A stretch of 64,000 bases of DNA. Origin: an archaeon (lineage in GTDB: Archaea > Nanobdellota > Nanobdellia > Woesearchaeales > JAADFO01). The stretch covers positions 3,120 through 67,119 of the forward strand of contig JBDRHG010000005.1 of the NCBI GenBank assembly GCA_043817075.1, read 5' to 3'. Made by a program: the position numbers and the translations under genes. The first letter of the stretch is position 1, and the number at the start of each line of letters is the position of its first letter. Positions 21,253 to 30,125 of this stretch are shown in pieces. The notes under the pieces are model-generated. The model made no database searches, was not told the origin of the DNA, and saw only the letters and a program-made list of their open reading frames with translations.

Positions 21253-21528
21253 TTATCTTTCTCTCTTAGCTGGCTTCTTCTTGGCGACTTTCTTCTTCGC
21301 CGGAGCCTTCTTCTTCACTGCCTTTTTCTTGACCGCTTTCTTCTTGACTACCTTCTTGGCAGGTTTCTTCTTAGCGACCTTCTTCTTAACCACTTTTTTC
21401 TTGGCAGGTTTCTTCTTGACAACCTTCTTCTTCACCGTCTTCTTCACCGGTTTTCTCTTTATGGGCTTCTTCTTGACAACCCTTTTCTTAACCGGTTTCC
21501 GCTTAACGGCTTTTTTCTTAGCAGCCAT
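21253..21528 (-). CDS. lysine-rich repeat protein (histone H1-like / Hc1-like candidate nucleoid protein)
   Basis: 91 aa made almost entirely of KKKxVKKKP/A repeats. A perfect AGAGGTGA RBS sits 6 nt upstream of the ATG. It has its own AT-rich promoter region and an oligo-T terminator. The opposite-strand ORF is an F-rich artefact. Confidence 0.6.
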   Translation of the reverse strand: MAAKKKAVKRKPVKKRVVKKKPIKRKPVKKTVKKKVVKKKPAKKKVVKKKVAKKKPAKKVVKKKAVKKKAVKKKAPAKKKVAKKKPAKRER

Positions 21529-21745
21529 GACGCTTTCACCTCTTTAAATGAATGTTTAGTGTTTCTATTGGCTACTTTATTTAAAAACTTTTCGATTTAT
21601 ATTTTATCGACGAGAGGTTTTTATCTCGAAATGAGTCATTATCAGAAAAAAAAAATCATTTCCGAGAGTGTCGATTCATAAAAGAATAATCAACCAGTTA
21701 AAAAGTCTTAATAGAATATTTCTCCTCTGAAACAAAGAGAAACCA

Positions 21746-22549
21746 TCAACCGATGTATGTAACGTCCTTTCCGAGGGTGTCCTTGTATCCCTTTAGGCCG
21801 GGGCCTGTAGACATTCCCTTGACATCGTCCTGACGTATGAGCATATTGGCTTCTATCTCCTTGACCTCTCGCTTCACACGATTGAAGTCCAAAGTGATGG
21901 AGAATTTCTTCGCGAGCACCTTGAGTTGCTCCTGCGCTCCGCGCACACCGATGAACAGCGGATGCCCTAAGGTCTCCGCGAGCAAAGCCACAGCAGACAT
22001 CTTCCGTTCAGCTGCCAGTCCGACCAATAACCCAGTGATACCGATGATGGGTCCGACGAGCCCATACAACGACGTCTGTAACTTCGTTCCCTTGACGAAG
22101 GAGTCGACGGATTCTTTGTCCGCACCTGTGCAATACACCTTCGGATGCTGAGGCGCTGATCCCAACCCTATCCCCCCTAACGTGACGACCTGTGTGCAAC
22201 CGAAGGTATTGAGCAGGTCGAGTAATGTGCCGCAGAAGGAGTACGCCGACTCCTCTGTCGCAGGTTGGACATCACCGACAAGGATGAGCAGATCCCTCTT
22301 GTTGTCCTTCGAGCGCTTGCAGAACAGACGTATGCTGGGAAGCTGGACGAGATTATGTTCGTTGACGAAGACGGAATGAGGGAGACTTGGAGAGAGAAAG
22401 TCGACGAGCGGTTTGGCCTTTGTCTCGGCGATCAGGAACTCGGCCGTGAGCTTGCCCACGTTACCGATGCCCGGCAGCCCCTCGATGAAGACAGGGTTTT
22501 TGAGAAGGGGAATGCGTTTTCGTAGGTGTTTGACGTTCCAATACATCAT
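21746..22549 (-). CDS. PAC2-family (proteasome assembly chaperone-like) protein
   Basis: 267 aa. The IEGLPGIGNVGKLTAEFLI motif is typical of archaeal PAC2/COG1938 proteins. Confidence 0.5.
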   Translation of the reverse strand: MMYWNVKHLRKRIPLLKNPVFIEGLPGIGNVGKLTAEFLIAETKAKPLVDFLSPSLPHSVFVNEHNLVQLPSIRLFCKRSKDNKRDLLILVGDVQPATEESAYSFCGTLLDLLNTFGCTQVVTLGGIGLGSAPQHPKVYCTGADKESVDSFVKGTKLQTSLYGLVGPIIGITGLLVGLAAERKMSAVALLAETLGHPLFIGVRGAQEQLKVLAKKFSITLDFNRVKREVKEIEANMLIRQDDVKGMSTGPGLKGYKDTLGKDVTYIG

Positions 22550-22558
22550 TGATCACCG

Positions 22559-22738
22559 CTCAGAGCAGACCTTCCTGCTCGAGAGTCTCGCGTTTGGCCG
22601 TACGGCGATACCCACCATACTTGTCCTCGGGAGAATATTTAGGCGGCTTAGACTCCTGCGTCTTTCCGCCGCACGTTGCGCATTCCTCGTGTAAGGTATA
22701 GGTGCCGCATTTCGGACAAGAGAGAATCTTTTTGGCCA
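22559..22738 (-). CDS. nop10: H/ACA ribonucleoprotein subunit Nop10
   Basis: 59-aa ORF missed by the 60-aa cutoff. Its sequence is MAKKILSCPKCGTYTLHEECATCGGKTQESKPPKYSPEDKYGGYRRTAKRE. It has a Zn ribbon plus the PPKYSPED signature. It lies directly downstream of the aIF2-alpha gene, in the conserved archaeal arrangement. Confidence 0.75.
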
Positions 22739-22764
22739 TCGGAAAGGACCTCTATCTGGTCCGC

Positions 22765-23547
22765 TCATTCCTTTGAGCGGATGATTTTTAGTTCGCCTTT
22801 ATGTTCCTGTAGGTACGACTCGATGCAGGTCTTGAGAGCCTCGAATGTCTTCTCAGCCGACTTGTATTCCCTGTCGACGATAGAGAAGTTGTAGGCGCCT
22901 GCACCGGCATAGGTGAGCGTGAACCGTTCCCCGCCTTTCTCCATGACGAGACGCAGCGCATCCTTGATGGTCTCGACGCCATCAGGCTCGTAACTCTTGA
23001 GCTGGAACTGACCGGAGATATTTACCTCTGGAGGCTTGATACGCTGCTTGATGAGCGGAAGAATGAGCTCGCCGATCTTGGGATCGATACCCTTGTCCTT
23101 AAGCAAGGAATCATCCTCCATGACCTCTTCGAAATAGGAATAGAGCGATTCATATTCATCGGAGATCTTCTCGACAATCTCCTGGTAGACGTCCTTGGTG
23201 GGTTTCTTTATACGTTCAGCAGCGAACTCGACGATCTTCTCGGCCATCTGCTCTTGTTTGATCTCATTGACTTTCTCACGACGCTGAAAATCCGAGACCC
23301 GACGTAAGGAGAGATCTATCTGCTGACGTTCCCTATTGATCCTGAGTACCTTACAGACAACGACCTTGCCTTCTTTGACATAGTCCCGGATGTTTCGGAT
23401 ACGCCCTGGACTGACTTCAGAGATGTGGATCATACCAGACAGGTCATATTCGAGCATATTAACGAAGACAGAATTGTATTGGACGCTGGTGACTTTACAC
23501 ATCACCAGCTCCGATTCTTCGGGTAAGCCGGTCTTCGTATAGAACAT
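22765..23547 (-). CDS. eif2a: translation initiation factor 2 alpha subunit (aIF2-alpha)
   Basis: 260 aa. It has an N-terminal S1 domain followed by helical and alpha/beta domains. It sits in the conserved L44e-S27e-aIF2a-Nop10 context. Confidence 0.8.
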   Translation of the reverse strand: MFYTKTGLPEESELVMCKVTSVQYNSVFVNMLEYDLSGMIHISEVSPGRIRNIRDYVKEGKVVVCKVLRINRERQQIDLSLRRVSDFQRREKVNEIKQEQMAEKIVEFAAERIKKPTKDVYQEIVEKISDEYESLYSYFEEVMEDDSLLKDKGIDPKIGELILPLIKQRIKPPEVNISGQFQLKSYEPDGVETIKDALRLVMEKGGERFTLTYAGAGAYNFSIVDREYKSAEKTFEALKTCIESYLQEHKGELKIIRSKE

Positions 23548-23553
23548 TTTGGT

Positions 23554-23748
23554 TTACTCAAGGACCTCAAGGATGCGGGCCTTGATTTTCGTCTTTCCGC
23601 CAGTAGGATCGGCGAGGAGCTTATCGCACACCAGGCATTTAATCCTTGAAGCGCACTTTCCGAAGACGATCTGCTCATTCTTGCATTTAGGGCACCGTAC
23701 CTTGATGAATTTCGAGGTTGGTTCAGGTATGTCGTTCATAGTTCGCAC
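23554..23748 (-). CDS. rps27e: 30S ribosomal protein S27e
   Basis: It has a C4 zinc finger (CPKCKNEQIVFGKCASRIKCLVC) of typical size. Confidence 0.85.
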   Translation of the reverse strand: MRTMNDIPEPTSKFIKVRCPKCKNEQIVFGKCASRIKCLVCDKLLADPTGGKTKIKARILEVLE

Positions 23749-23772
23749 CTTGTCGAAAAGGATAAAAAAGAG

Positions 23773-24081
23773 CTACTGGAACTCCACACGCTTTGTGCGG
23801 ATGCCCCGACGCTGGGTGTGCATTTTCTTGCACTCCTTGCATTCGTAGCGGAAATCTGTCTTCTTGGTCTGTTTTGCACCAGTCATCTTGAATTTAGAGA
23901 TGGCTGGCTTGGAGTAGCGGCCCAGATTGCCAAATCCCCTTGCTAATCCTCGGAGTTTCGCTCGCACTTTTGAGCCATAACTCATGGATCTCGGCTGTTT
24001 CTTCTTGGTCGCAGCCACCTTATGCTCGTGATGGGCCTTGCAGTAAGGACAATATCTCTTGATGACTTTAGGGACCTTCAT
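23773..24081 (-). CDS. rpl44e: 50S ribosomal protein L44e
   Basis: 102 aa. It has CPYCKAHHEH ... CKECKK zinc-binding motifs and is very basic. Confidence 0.85.
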   Translation of the reverse strand: MKVPKVIKRYCPYCKAHHEHKVAATKKKQPRSMSYGSKVRAKLRGLARGFGNLGRYSKPAISKFKMTGAKQTKKTDFRYECKECKKMHTQRRGIRTKRVEFQ

Positions 24082-24126
24082 AGTAGCTGGAGAAACGAGG
24101 TGGGGTTTATAAAGGTTTGCCTCGGG

Positions 24127-24828
24127 TCAAACACGTTCAGCCTGCTGGTTCCGCATGAGAAGATCGGCAATCTGCTGATCTATATGGATAGTTTCCCCTT
24201 TTTTTAGCGGTCCGATCACTTCCAGGTCCGGCCCGATGAATTTGGGCACGTCAATCAGCATCCGAAGAGTCAATGTATCCCCATCCGTCTCTGCGGCCCC
24301 ATCAATTGAAGAATCTTCTTGAAGGGGTTCCGGGCCCACAGCATCGGGATCCTGAGGCGCTATCGCAGACGTGGAGGACACACGTCCTGGTTGATCAGGG
24401 GTTTGAGACGGCTCAGGAGAGAGACTGAGAGCATCTGATGGCCCCAATGCCCTACTGAGGACGGCATCCCTGTGGGTCCGGAGCACAGTGATGATCTCAT
24501 CGAGCATGACCTTCTCGTCAGGGAGCAGGTTCTTGGTGTCCAAGGCCTTAGAACCGACACGAACCTGGTAGAGCGCCAGGTGGACGATTTTCTTCTCACG
24601 ACGGGTATAGAGTTCCTTGGCGAGTTTCTCAGCATTGGCGACCTGGTTATTGAGCTTATCGCACTCTCCAGGACCTTTGTCATCAGTGATGAGGGCACGC
24701 TTGCCAGTGAGGTATACTGACACCTTGCCGAAGAAGTCCGGCGACATCTCCTGTATCTCTTCCCTGCTCTTCTCCCTACGTAAGAACTCAAAGAGTATCT
24801 CGTAGGATATCTGGATGTCTTCCCCCAT
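24127..24828 (-). CDS. GINS subunit Gins51/Gins15-like DNA replication protein (tentative)
   Basis: The N-terminal A-domain resembles archaeal Gins51 (EILFEFLRREKSREEIQEMSPDFFGKVSVYL). An acidic low-complexity linker precedes a small C-terminal B-domain. Confidence 0.35.
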   Translation of the reverse strand: MGEDIQISYEILFEFLRREKSREEIQEMSPDFFGKVSVYLTGKRALITDDKGPGECDKLNNQVANAEKLAKELYTRREKKIVHLALYQVRVGSKALDTKNLLPDEKVMLDEIITVLRTHRDAVLSRALGPSDALSLSPEPSQTPDQPGRVSSTSAIAPQDPDAVGPEPLQEDSSIDGAAETDGDTLTLRMLIDVPKFIGPDLEVIGPLKKGETIHIDQQIADLLMRNQQAERV

Positions 24829-24908
24829 ATGCTTATTCGGGATATGACACGGTTTATAATGGTTCCGAAGGGCAATATTTAAGTAGGAAAGACCTTAGAG
24901 CCCGACCT

Positions 24909-26129
24909 ATGGCCATGCTCCACTTCGAGGACATCAGATTCGTCGACAGCAGAGATGAGATTGTCGTACGTCTCTACCGCAGCTTCGAATTCTCGATCCC
25001 GAAGAGTGAATTTGGCGGCCATGACATGGTCCAGGTCGACTCCGGCGATCTCGTCCTCGACATGAACGACCGTAAAGCGGACAGTCTCTTCTCCCGGCTT
25101 CTCACTAAATACTTAGGTTCCATGAAATCCACGATCAACGACAAGCCAGCGGCGTATATCCATAAGAATTCAGGCATCCCGCTCATCGGATGCATCTATT
25201 TCGGGTTGGTGGACCGTGGGACCAATGTCATCGAGGTCAAACCGTTCACAGGATGCAACCTCAATTGCATCTACTGCTCTGTCGATGAGGGCCGGATGAG
25301 CAAATGCATGCATAACTATGTCGTTGAATGGGAATACCTTGTCGAGGAGTTCGAGAAGCTCGTCAAGCACAAGGAGAGCAAGACCATCGAGGCCCACATC
25401 GCAGGTCATGCTGAGCCCACTCTCTATCCGCGCCTGGCACATCTCACCGAAGCCCTGTCGAGGATCAAGGGCGTCGAGACCGTCGCCATCGACACCAATG
25501 GCACCTTGCTCAATGAGCTGACTGTCGACACGCTCCGCGAGCATGGGCTGACGCGCGTCAATCTCTCGATAAATGCCATGGATTCTGAGCTGGCCTCCAG
25601 GATAGCTGGACAACCATACCCTATCGATCATGTCAAGAAGGTCGCCAAGCACATCAATAAACATATGTCGCTCGTGATAGCGCCGACATGGATTCCTGGC
25701 ATCAACGACGAGGAGATCCCCAAGATCATCGAGTTCGCCCTCGAACTGAAGAGGGACACAGGCAAGATGCCGGAGATCGGCATCCAGAACTTCCTCCGCT
25801 ACAAACACGGGCGGAATCCGGTGCAGTCAAGAGGTTTTGAGCATTTCTATAAGGATCTGAAGAAACTTGAGAAGCATTACAAGGTCAATCTCACCGACTT
25901 CTCGAAGATGGGATTCATCTTCGAGGATACAAAACCTCTTCCCAAACCGATGAAGAAGGATGATGTCATCGAGGGTGTTTTTGCCGTCATGGGTCGACGC
26001 CCTGGCGAGCATCTCTACACGGCCAAAGAACGGATAATCTCTGTGTTCTCCACCAAAGAACCCAAGAAACGGGCCCGACTGAGAATCATAAAGGATTCGG
26101 ACAACATCTTCATCGGGAAGATCGTCTGA
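24909..26129 (+). CDS. radical SAM protein with a C-terminal TRAM/OB-like domain (uncharacterised, possibly RNA-modifying)
   Basis: 406 aa. It has a CNLNCIYCSV CxxxCxxC motif about 110 aa from the N-terminus. It has no SPASM or second Cys cluster. The C-terminal ~70 aa are beta-rich and basic. Confidence 0.7.
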   Translation: MAMLHFEDIRFVDSRDEIVVRLYRSFEFSIPKSEFGGHDMVQVDSGDLVLDMNDRKADSLFSRLLTKYLGSMKSTINDKPAAYIHKNSGIPLIGCIYFGLVDRGTNVIEVKPFTGCNLNCIYCSVDEGRMSKCMHNYVVEWEYLVEEFEKLVKHKESKTIEAHIAGHAEPTLYPRLAHLTEALSRIKGVETVAIDTNGTLLNELTVDTLREHGLTRVNLSINAMDSELASRIAGQPYPIDHVKKVAKHINKHMSLVIAPTWIPGINDEEIPKIIEFALELKRDTGKMPEIGIQNFLRYKHGRNPVQSRGFEHFYKDLKKLEKHYKVNLTDFSKMGFIFEDTKPLPKPMKKDDVIEGVFAVMGRRPGEHLYTAKERIISVFSTKEPKKRARLRIIKDSDNIFIGKIV

Positions 26130-26220
26130 CATCAATCACTTTCTGAATCAGCATATCATCTCAACTATCGATTTCTTGAGAAATCTATTGCTATCGCTAT
26201 GTTCCAATCATCGACGGTAG

Positions 26221-26266
26221 AAAAAAGATAAAAAAAAGATAAAAAATTAAGTGACTTATTCGTCAC
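26221..26266 (-). terminator. hairpin (GTGACGAATAAGTCAC) plus oligo-T terminator of the S-layer-like gene
   Basis: The inverted repeat spans the stop codon. It is followed on the minus strand by three T-runs. Confidence 0.55.
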
Positions 26267-28670
26267 TCATGGGCTCGGGCTTCGAGACCTTGATGTCATT
26301 CGTCGCGGTCTCGGAGACCACCAGTTCACTGCCTGAGAGGTCATACTTGTCCCACTCAGCCAGCACGTTGGTCGCCCTCTTGGTATCCACAGCACCGAAG
26401 CCTGCAACGAGCAGCGCGACGTTTCCGTCGTTCTCGAAGACCTTCAGCATTGCCTTACCCTCTTCGAAGCCAGCCCAGCACTCAGCCGGGTTACCCATGA
26501 GGAGAGCAGCTGCAGAGTTCACGCAGGGTCCACCAACAACGATGGCATTCTCATTTTCCACATTCGAGACTTCCGAAGCGAGCTTGCTTGCGCTTATCGG
26601 AATGGGCACGAAAGTGGTCCTTGTCACGCCTCCGCTTGTGCTGGTGCCAGTGACTTCACTGGTCACGAAGACAGCCGCGGTGGTCTGGTCGTCGGGATAA
26701 GTGATGATGAACTTATCCTGTCCGCTGCCAGTGGAGTCGAAGAACTTCCACTTGACACCATACGGAGCGACCATGCCCTCGTACTCGTCGTCGTCAGCCA
26801 GCTTGTAGTCGGTGTATGAACCGATTCCGACGAATGACTGGGTATCCAGGTTCAGCTGCGTGTTCGTCGTGTCGTACTCGATGCCAACGGTGATGTTGTT
26901 CCTCGTCGCGCCGTCCTCTGCGGTCTCGGATGAGACTGCGAGAAGGGTCGCGTTGATGAACTCGATCTTCGCACCGAACTGCGTCGGGATGTAGGCCTGC
27001 GCTCTTGAGAAGTTCAAGTACGCAGCGTCATCTCCGTCGCCCACGATGGTGGTCGAGAAGCCGTCGACGACCAAGGTACCCGTGCCGCCAGAGTCGTAGG
27101 AGACATCGTAGATGTCGCCGGTTCCGACGTCCTTGAGCCTGTACAGATCGTCAGCGTTCTGCACGCTCTTGAACTGCAGGATACGCGCATAGCCGGTGTC
27201 CGTACCGTCGCCGATGATGACAAACTCCTCATCGTTGACTGGTGTGGCCGGAGCGGTTATCATGTCCCTGTCGTTCGATCCAGAGCGCTCACCAAGGAAG
27301 GGTGTGCCGCCGCTGTTGCCGAAGACCGCCTGGTTGTACTCGACTCCAGCCTTGGTCACGAACTTCAACTTATAATTGTTCGAACCGCTGGGGCGGAGCT
27401 CGATGGCTTCGGTGTTGGTCTCCTGAAGGCCTTTGTACACGATGTCGAAGCCACTCGCGAAGACATTGCCGTCATCGCCCTCGACCAGGTCCGCGACCTC
27501 TGAGAGGCCCTTACCTGAGGGGATGTACAACATGCTGCCCGGTGTGTAGCTGACTTCGATTCCGCTGATCATCACATCATTACCGTCAGCGATACCGCCA
27601 TCGGAGCTTGATGTGATGTCGACCACGACATTGGCCAGGGTGTCTGAGCCCACTTGGACCGTGCCGTCGCCACCGGTGACGTTCGTCGCGGTGTCGGTAA
27701 GCACAATCTTCTTGGCGCCCAGGTAGAAGGTGACGATATCTGAACCGCCCTCTTCAGTACCCTCGTTCTCGAGCAGGTCTCGGATACCGATCTCGGAGCC
27801 GTCATCAAGCACGTAGGTCTCGCCTGCCGCCAGCGGATCAGTGATCTCGCCGTTGACGCGGAACTTGACCTGAAGTGTCGTGATGGCAACGACTTCGACC
27901 TTGTATTCCTTTCCACCGATGGTGTAGGTCTTGGTGGTGTACTCCTCCATGGTGTCCTCGACAGCGCCGCCCATGAGGGTCAGCTTGATGTTGTACACGC
28001 CCTGGTGGTCAGCGCGGACGACGGTGTACTCCTTGCCGAGCATCTTGATCTTCTTGTTCTCAAGATCCTCAAGCCTATCGTTAGCGTCGTTGTCTGACTT
28101 CAGCGCAGGTGTGAAGGACAGCTTGTAGGTGTACGCAGGGCTCTGATTGAAGACCAGATAATCCTTCGGGATGTCCAGATCCTCATCCGGCTCTGACTGT
28201 GACTTCATCCAGCTGACGTTAGCACCCATGGGCAGTTCGATGTACTGCGTATAGGTAAACGTGCCGAACTCATTTCGCACAGAACCGGATTTCAGCGCCT
28301 CAAGGTTGGTTGACGTAATCGACGTGATGCCGGTATGCCTCAAGTTCTCGGAAAGCTCCAATTTATTGGTGCTCTGCTCGATCTTGTAAGCGTCGCCCTG
28401 TACCTCGATCGTATTTGCAGATGACACAACCTCAGTCTTGACCGCTGCTCTCTGCAGACTGGCCATGATATTGGTAGCGCCAATAATGTCCTCAGCCTTA
28501 GCGTCGTTTCCGACTACCACGATGCCGTTAAAAGCACCATCCTCACCGATGAACATCGGTTTGGGGTAGTCAGAAAGGTCGGCAGCCATGGCTCCGAACA
28601 TCGTCGCACCCAGCATACCAGCTCCGGTAGCTAGAGCAACAATTTTCTTAATTGCCTTTCTTACCCTCAT
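26256..28670 (-). CDS. large secreted Thr/Gly-rich surface (S-layer-like) protein
   Basis: 804 aa. It has an N-terminal signal peptide and abundant T/G/D/N in a beta-rich repeat architecture. A GGAGGTG RBS, a long AT-rich 5' region and a hairpin plus oligo-T terminator flank it. Confidence 0.5.
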   Translation of the reverse strand: MRVRKAIKKIVALATGAGMLGATMFGAMAADLSDYPKPMFIGEDGAFNGIVVVGNDAKAEDIIGATNIMASLQRAAVKTEVVSSANTIEVQGDAYKIEQSTNKLELSENLRHTGITSITSTNLEALKSGSVRNEFGTFTYTQYIELPMGANVSWMKSQSEPDEDLDIPKDYLVFNQSPAYTYKLSFTPALKSDNDANDRLEDLENKKIKMLGKEYTVVRADHQGVYNIKLTLMGGAVEDTMEEYTTKTYTIGGKEYKVEVVAITTLQVKFRVNGEITDPLAAGETYVLDDGSEIGIRDLLENEGTEEGGSDIVTFYLGAKKIVLTDTATNVTGGDGTVQVGSDTLANVVVDITSSSDGGIADGNDVMISGIEVSYTPGSMLYIPSGKGLSEVADLVEGDDGNVFASGFDIVYKGLQETNTEAIELRPSGSNNYKLKFVTKAGVEYNQAVFGNSGGTPFLGERSGSNDRDMITAPATPVNDEEFVIIGDGTDTGYARILQFKSVQNADDLYRLKDVGTGDIYDVSYDSGGTGTLVVDGFSTTIVGDGDDAAYLNFSRAQAYIPTQFGAKIEFINATLLAVSSETAEDGATRNNITVGIEYDTTNTQLNLDTQSFVGIGSYTDYKLADDDEYEGMVAPYGVKWKFFDSTGSGQDKFIITYPDDQTTAAVFVTSEVTGTSTSGGVTRTTFVPIPISASKLASEVSNVENENAIVVGGPCVNSAAALLMGNPAECWAGFEEGKAMLKVFENDGNVALLVAGFGAVDTKRATNVLAEWDKYDLSGSELVVSETATNDIKVSKPEPMSDE

Positions 28671-29091
28671 TGTCGCACCTCCATTTATTACACAAACAAA
28701 TTGTGTAAAAATGAAATTTCTTGTTGTTTTACTTCTGTTTTATCTGTTTAAGTCGAGTTCGTCGCTGCGTAGCATTCGGAATAGCGTTTGGACACTAGTC
28801 CGATAGCCGTTAGGCGTATCAGTACTCGACTCTGGTCGTTTACGTATGCGTTAACTTGTTTATAAAGTTTTCGCAAGATCAGAATAGCTGAAACTCTCGA
28901 ATTCACATGGAAGGCGCCACGAGGACGAATTGAGTATACTGAACAAGTCATCACTTGAAAATAGGAACTAAGAGAATATTTAAACAATCCGACCATCTTT
29001 TTTATACCCCCCTATGCATAAGATAACCGTATGAGGACATCATATATATCCAGTTTTATGGTTGACGATTTTGAAAATGTAGCAAAAATAA

Positions 29092-29158
29092 GTGGGCTGG
29101 AGCGAAGCTCCACCCACCTGTTTTCCCCAGGTTTTTATTAAAAGGCTGCGGGGGAAGA
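29092..29158. repeat. Hairpin module copy 1. It consists of a hairpin (GTGGGCTGG..CCACCCAC), TTTTCCCCAGGTTTT and a 12-nt duplicate of the tRNA-Leu 3' end (CTGCGGGGGAAG).
   Basis: It aligns with copy 2, which directly abuts the intact tRNA-Leu. Confidence 0.5.
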
Positions 29159-29217
29159 CAGCGGAAACCCTTCGGCTTCCCGGGCCTTCCCTTCCGAATC
29201 TTTTCCTGTGCGGACGT

Positions 29218-29288
29218 AGTGGGCTGGCCTGAAAGGCCACCCACTTCCTTTTCCCAGGTTTTCTGTGAAAAGCTGCGGGGGAAGGGAT
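29218..29288. repeat. Hairpin module copy 2, immediately 3' of tRNA-Leu (overlaps the tRNA 3' end)
   Basis: The sequence GTGGGCTGGCCTGAAAGGCCACCCAC-TTCCTTTTCCCAGGTTTT-CTGTGAAAAG is followed by the tRNA 3' end. Confidence 0.5.
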
Positions 29289-29357
29289 TCGAACCCTCGT
29301 AAGCACTAAGCTAGCAGGTCCTAAGCCTGTCCCGTTTGACCGCTCCGGCACCCCCGC
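29274..29357 (-). tRNA. tRNA-Leu (anticodon UAG), class II with long variable arm
   Basis: The manual fold gives acceptor GCGGGGG/CCCCCGC, a 3-bp D-stem, anticodon loop CTTAGGA, a variable stem-loop and T-loop TTCGAAT. No CCA is encoded. Confidence 0.8.
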
Positions 29358-29380
29358 CTTGTTGATTTGCCGCGGGCTGG

Positions 29381-29450
29381 AACTCAGAGTTCCGCCCACA
29401 TCAGATTCCCAGGTTTTGAAAATAGCTTCTCCGACACCACCACGTACGAA
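29381..29450. repeat. Hairpin module copy 3, 5' of tRNA-Leu (degenerate)
   Basis: The sequence is CGCGGGCTGGAACTCAGAGTTCCGCCCAC-ATCAGATTCCCAGGTTTTGAAAATAGCT. Confidence 0.4.
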
Positions 29451-29553
29451 TGTGGCTATTGACCGGAGAGATGTTCGCCATCATATTGATGTATATATAG
29501 ATTGCGTATGAAAGACAATATAAAATTGAGCCCGATGAGGGCTAGAAACGATT

Positions 29554-29715
29554 CAATCCTGCCAGTTATAGCCACGACGTCGCGCGCTGTTGCCGTAGCC
29601 GCAGGATGAACATACGCTGTCACGCATGTGATAGCTCTTTTTTCCGCAGCGTCGACAATAGATATGGCTTTTCTTGCCCGAACGCTTGCCCATGGATGGA
29701 GTTCCTTTGGTCATT
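29554..29715 (-). CDS. rpl37e: 50S ribosomal protein L37e
   Basis: 53-aa ORF below the ORF-track cutoff. Its sequence is [53 protein letters not shown] with a C4 zinc ribbon. It lies downstream of the Sm gene, as in most archaea. Confidence 0.8.
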
Positions 29716-29749
29716 AGAGATCAACTCAAAAAGATAAGAGATAAAAAAA

Positions 29750-29974
29750 TCAGGTCGGAGAAATCATGATGATGGTGTCTCCGCGAAGGAACACCTGCCC
29801 CAGCTTTCTCTTCAGCTGGCCATCTTCATGCTCCTCTGCCTCCTCGAGGACGACGTTGATATGAATATCGAAAGAGATGAGCTTACCGACGAATTGTTTG
29901 TGATTCTTCAGTTCTACGATAACCCGTTTATTCCTGGCCCGGTTCAATGCATCCAGCGGTCTTGAAGCTTCCAT
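29750..29974 (-). CDS. Sm-like archaeal protein (SmAP/LSm)
   Basis: About 74 aa from the ATG. It has an Sm1/Sm2 fold signature (VIVELKNHKQFVGKLISFDIHINVVLEEAEE ... LRGDTIIMI). Confidence 0.8.
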   Translation of the reverse strand: MEASRPLDALNRARNKRVIVELKNHKQFVGKLISFDIHINVVLEEAEEHEDGQLKRKLGQVFLRGDTIIMISPT

Positions 29975-30125
29975 TGCGTATAACACCTCAAATAAAACAA
30001 TGGTCCGCAGGAATGAGGGGGCCTTTATAAATCTTTTGCATGGAACAAGCGCATGAAGCCTCCTCGCAGCATCGTAAAAAATAAAAACATGCTGGCTCCC
30101 GGTTCGGCCAAGAGGTGATTTTCAC

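Noticed and set aside
21253-21528. CRISPR-like direct repeats
   Set aside because: The periodic repeats are in-frame codon repeats of a Lys-rich protein with RBS and ATG. There are no spacer-repeat structure and no cas genes. No CRISPR array is evident anywhere in the window.
21143-21547. 134-aa plus-strand Phe-rich repeat ORF
   Set aside because: It is the mirror image of the Lys-rich gene. The minus strand has a perfect Shine-Dalgarno site and ATG. The plus-strand product is FFL nonsense.
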